A DNA stretch of 64,000 nt from Octopus sinensis (lineage: Eukaryota), in assembly GCF_006345805.1 (NCBI RefSeq), contig NC_043013.1:17422001-17486000 (forward strand), in the 5' to 3' direction. This document shows positions 62,127-64,000 of this stretch, piece by piece. The notes under the pieces were generated by a model that was given only the letters and a program-made list of their open reading frames with translations, made no database searches and was not told the origin of the DNA. Both the position numbers and the translations under genes were made by a program. The first letter of the stretch is position 1; every line of letters starts with the position of its first letter.

Positions 62127-62800
62127 AGTGCTATCGTATTTAGTGGCAGTACTCAGTATTACTGAGACTGGTGAAGAGTTTTACTCTGTATAATAGAATT
62201 GGAAATAAAGCAAGCAGTAACGGTAGAAGTTTTCTTATTGGAGTGTTAAGGACGGAGCCACCTTGGTTGGGGAGTGGTGCTGAGATGTTGATCACTCCAC
62301 CTAATTTTAAAATAGTTTCTTTGAGTGTCAAATCACGAGAGCTGTGTCACATTGTAGAGACGTCAGAGATTAAAATAACTTTCTAAATGTATTTGTCTAG
62401 TCTAGTTTGATGCTTCTATTGTTATCACTTGACATAGTAAAGAAGGATGAGATAAAAGTATTTCATATATGTGATCAACTTGGTGAGTTAAACCAAAAAC
62501 TTTCGTCTGTTTTGCAAAAAAATAATTGAGTGGTTTTTATTGGTAAAATGGGTTGACCAAATGATAGTAGTGTGTGGCAGGTCAAATGACAGACCTGTAG
62601 AATTGGTAGGCAAGATAACGGTAGATTACAAGTGGCAGGTAAAAGAATAACATATAGAGAAGTTAGTGGGTAGAATGATGGTATGTTGGTTAGTTGAGCA
62701 GAAGGCAGTGATCATGGTTTTGTAGAATGGCAAAGTTACAGTGGTTAAGCAGAATTGTAGACTAACAGGTGGTATTGTGTATTTTTGTATTCTGCTTTCA
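62127..62800 (-). mobile_element. Continuation of the same LINE; the first 305 bp duplicate 59085-59414
   Basis: Near-identical direct repeat; sequence right of 62431 appears to keep weak LINE-like character (low confidence). Confidence 0.6.
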
Positions 62801-63126
62801 AACACCATTCAAGTCAACTTTGCCTTCCACTTTCTTTCTGAATGTCATCATCATCATCATCGTTTAACGTCTGTTTTCCGTGCTAGCACGGTTTGACCAG
62901 GGTCTGGGAAGCCAGGAGGCTGCACCAGGCTCCAGTCTGATATGGCAGTGTTTCTACAGCTGGATGCCCTTCCTAACGCCAACCATTCCGTAAGTGTAGT
63001 GGGTGCCAGGGGAGACTGGCAGTGGCCACGATCGGTTGGTGCTTGATAAAATTTATTTACTGATTAAGTACTGAAGTGAATTAAAATAACCATACCTACC
63101 CTCTACCTAAAATCCACCTTGTTTAA

Positions 63127-63337
63127 CCCATTTCATTAAGATATTTCTGTTGAAATACTCTGCTTTTTTCTCAATTAATTTTGAAAATAATAAATAATAA
63201 AAAATTTTTTAAATAACTCTGACATTATTCATCTGGGGTTTGGAACATAAATTAACATGAAATTTTAAGTTAGATAACTTAAAATCGGAAGTTTGTATTA
63301 TAGGACTAAGGTTTCAGGTGTGTTGGTATCTAAAGGG
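63127..63337. mobile_element. piggyBac-type MITE, second copy
   Basis: TTAA|CCCATT...AAAGGG|TTAA (63123-63126 and 63338-63341); internal similarity to 9595-9815. Confidence 0.75.
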
Positions 63338-64000
63338 TTAAAAGCAAACTAACAGGTGGAAAGTAAAGCTCATGTCCCAATTACAATATGCTATGGCTCA
63401 GCAGTAGCTCCAACAAGGGAACTTGTAGTAGTAGTAAATGTAGCATTGTCAAAGATTAAGCCATTTCAATAAATATGTACTTTCAATCAATGTCCTTAAT
63501 CGTCTTTAAATAATGCCTACTCTTTCTTGCTCGCATGGGTCAGGCAGAATTTGTTGAAGTATTTCAATAGCCTGATGCTCTTCCTGTCACCAACACTCGC
63601 TTGTTTCCAAGCAAGGTAATCTTTTCCCCCATGGTTAAACATGTTTTTCAAGAAAGACTAGAAATGAGCACTGCTCATTTGCGACCATCATATGATGGCA
63701 AAACAAGCCCCCCCCCCACACCCACTACAGCTTCTTTCAGTTTCTATCTACCAAATCCACTCACAAATCTTTGGTTGGCCCAGATCTCTAGCAGAAGACA
63801 TGTACCAAAAGAGAAAATTAATAAAAAAAAAAACGGAGAAGGCGTAAGGGAAGCAAGCTCCTTAATCACACTTCTCTAAAATCTTCCAGCTGCAATGGTA
63901 AATACATTAGAAAAGTGGGAACTATCTAATTTCTCAGATATATATTCGAGCGAGGTCGTTGCCAGTACTGCTGACTGGTCCTGTGCTGGTGGCACGTAAA

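Noticed and set aside
59085-62431. LTR retrotransposon reading (TG...CA inside the direct repeats)
   Set aside because: Identity extends beyond the TG and CA, there is no PBS, polypurine tract or gag/pol, and the repeat is itself LINE ORF2 sequence

Overview
AT-rich eukaryotic genomic DNA, almost certainly from an octopus (inferred from the SINE/MITE families and microsatellite load; no database check). One protein-coding gene is recognisable: HGS/Hrs (ESCRT-0) on the + strand. Nine GT-AG exons between 23360 and 53906 splice in one continuous frame (878 nt) and encode the VHS, FYVE and UIM domains. The short first coding exon was not located, and the C-terminal exons were not found and probably lie beyond the window. 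The rest is intronic or intergenic repeat: several tRNA-derived and RTE-tailed SINE families, RTE and CR1/L2-type LINE remnants, two Tc1/mariner remnants, MITEs, a non-autonomous Helitron, and micro- and minisatellites. Almost all ORFs in the supplied track are artefacts of these repeats. There is no CRISPR array, rRNA or true tRNA gene. The best leads are: (i) a TSD-flanked SINE-like retroposon carrying a hammerhead ribozyme core (8.7 kb); (ii) a pri-miRNA-shaped hairpin with a miR-8/200-like seed inside a CpG-rich block that also holds a possible small spliced minus-strand gene (12.5-13.4 kb); (iii) a spacerless foldback element with a nested Helitron (14.9-16.0 kb); (iv) a tail-to-tail inverted SINE pair in HGS intron 3; (v) a CpG-rich 2.7 kb block inserted into a LINE and bracketed by a roughly 300 bp duplication (59.1-62.4 kb). 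None of these is established as a new biological system; all are hypotheses to test.
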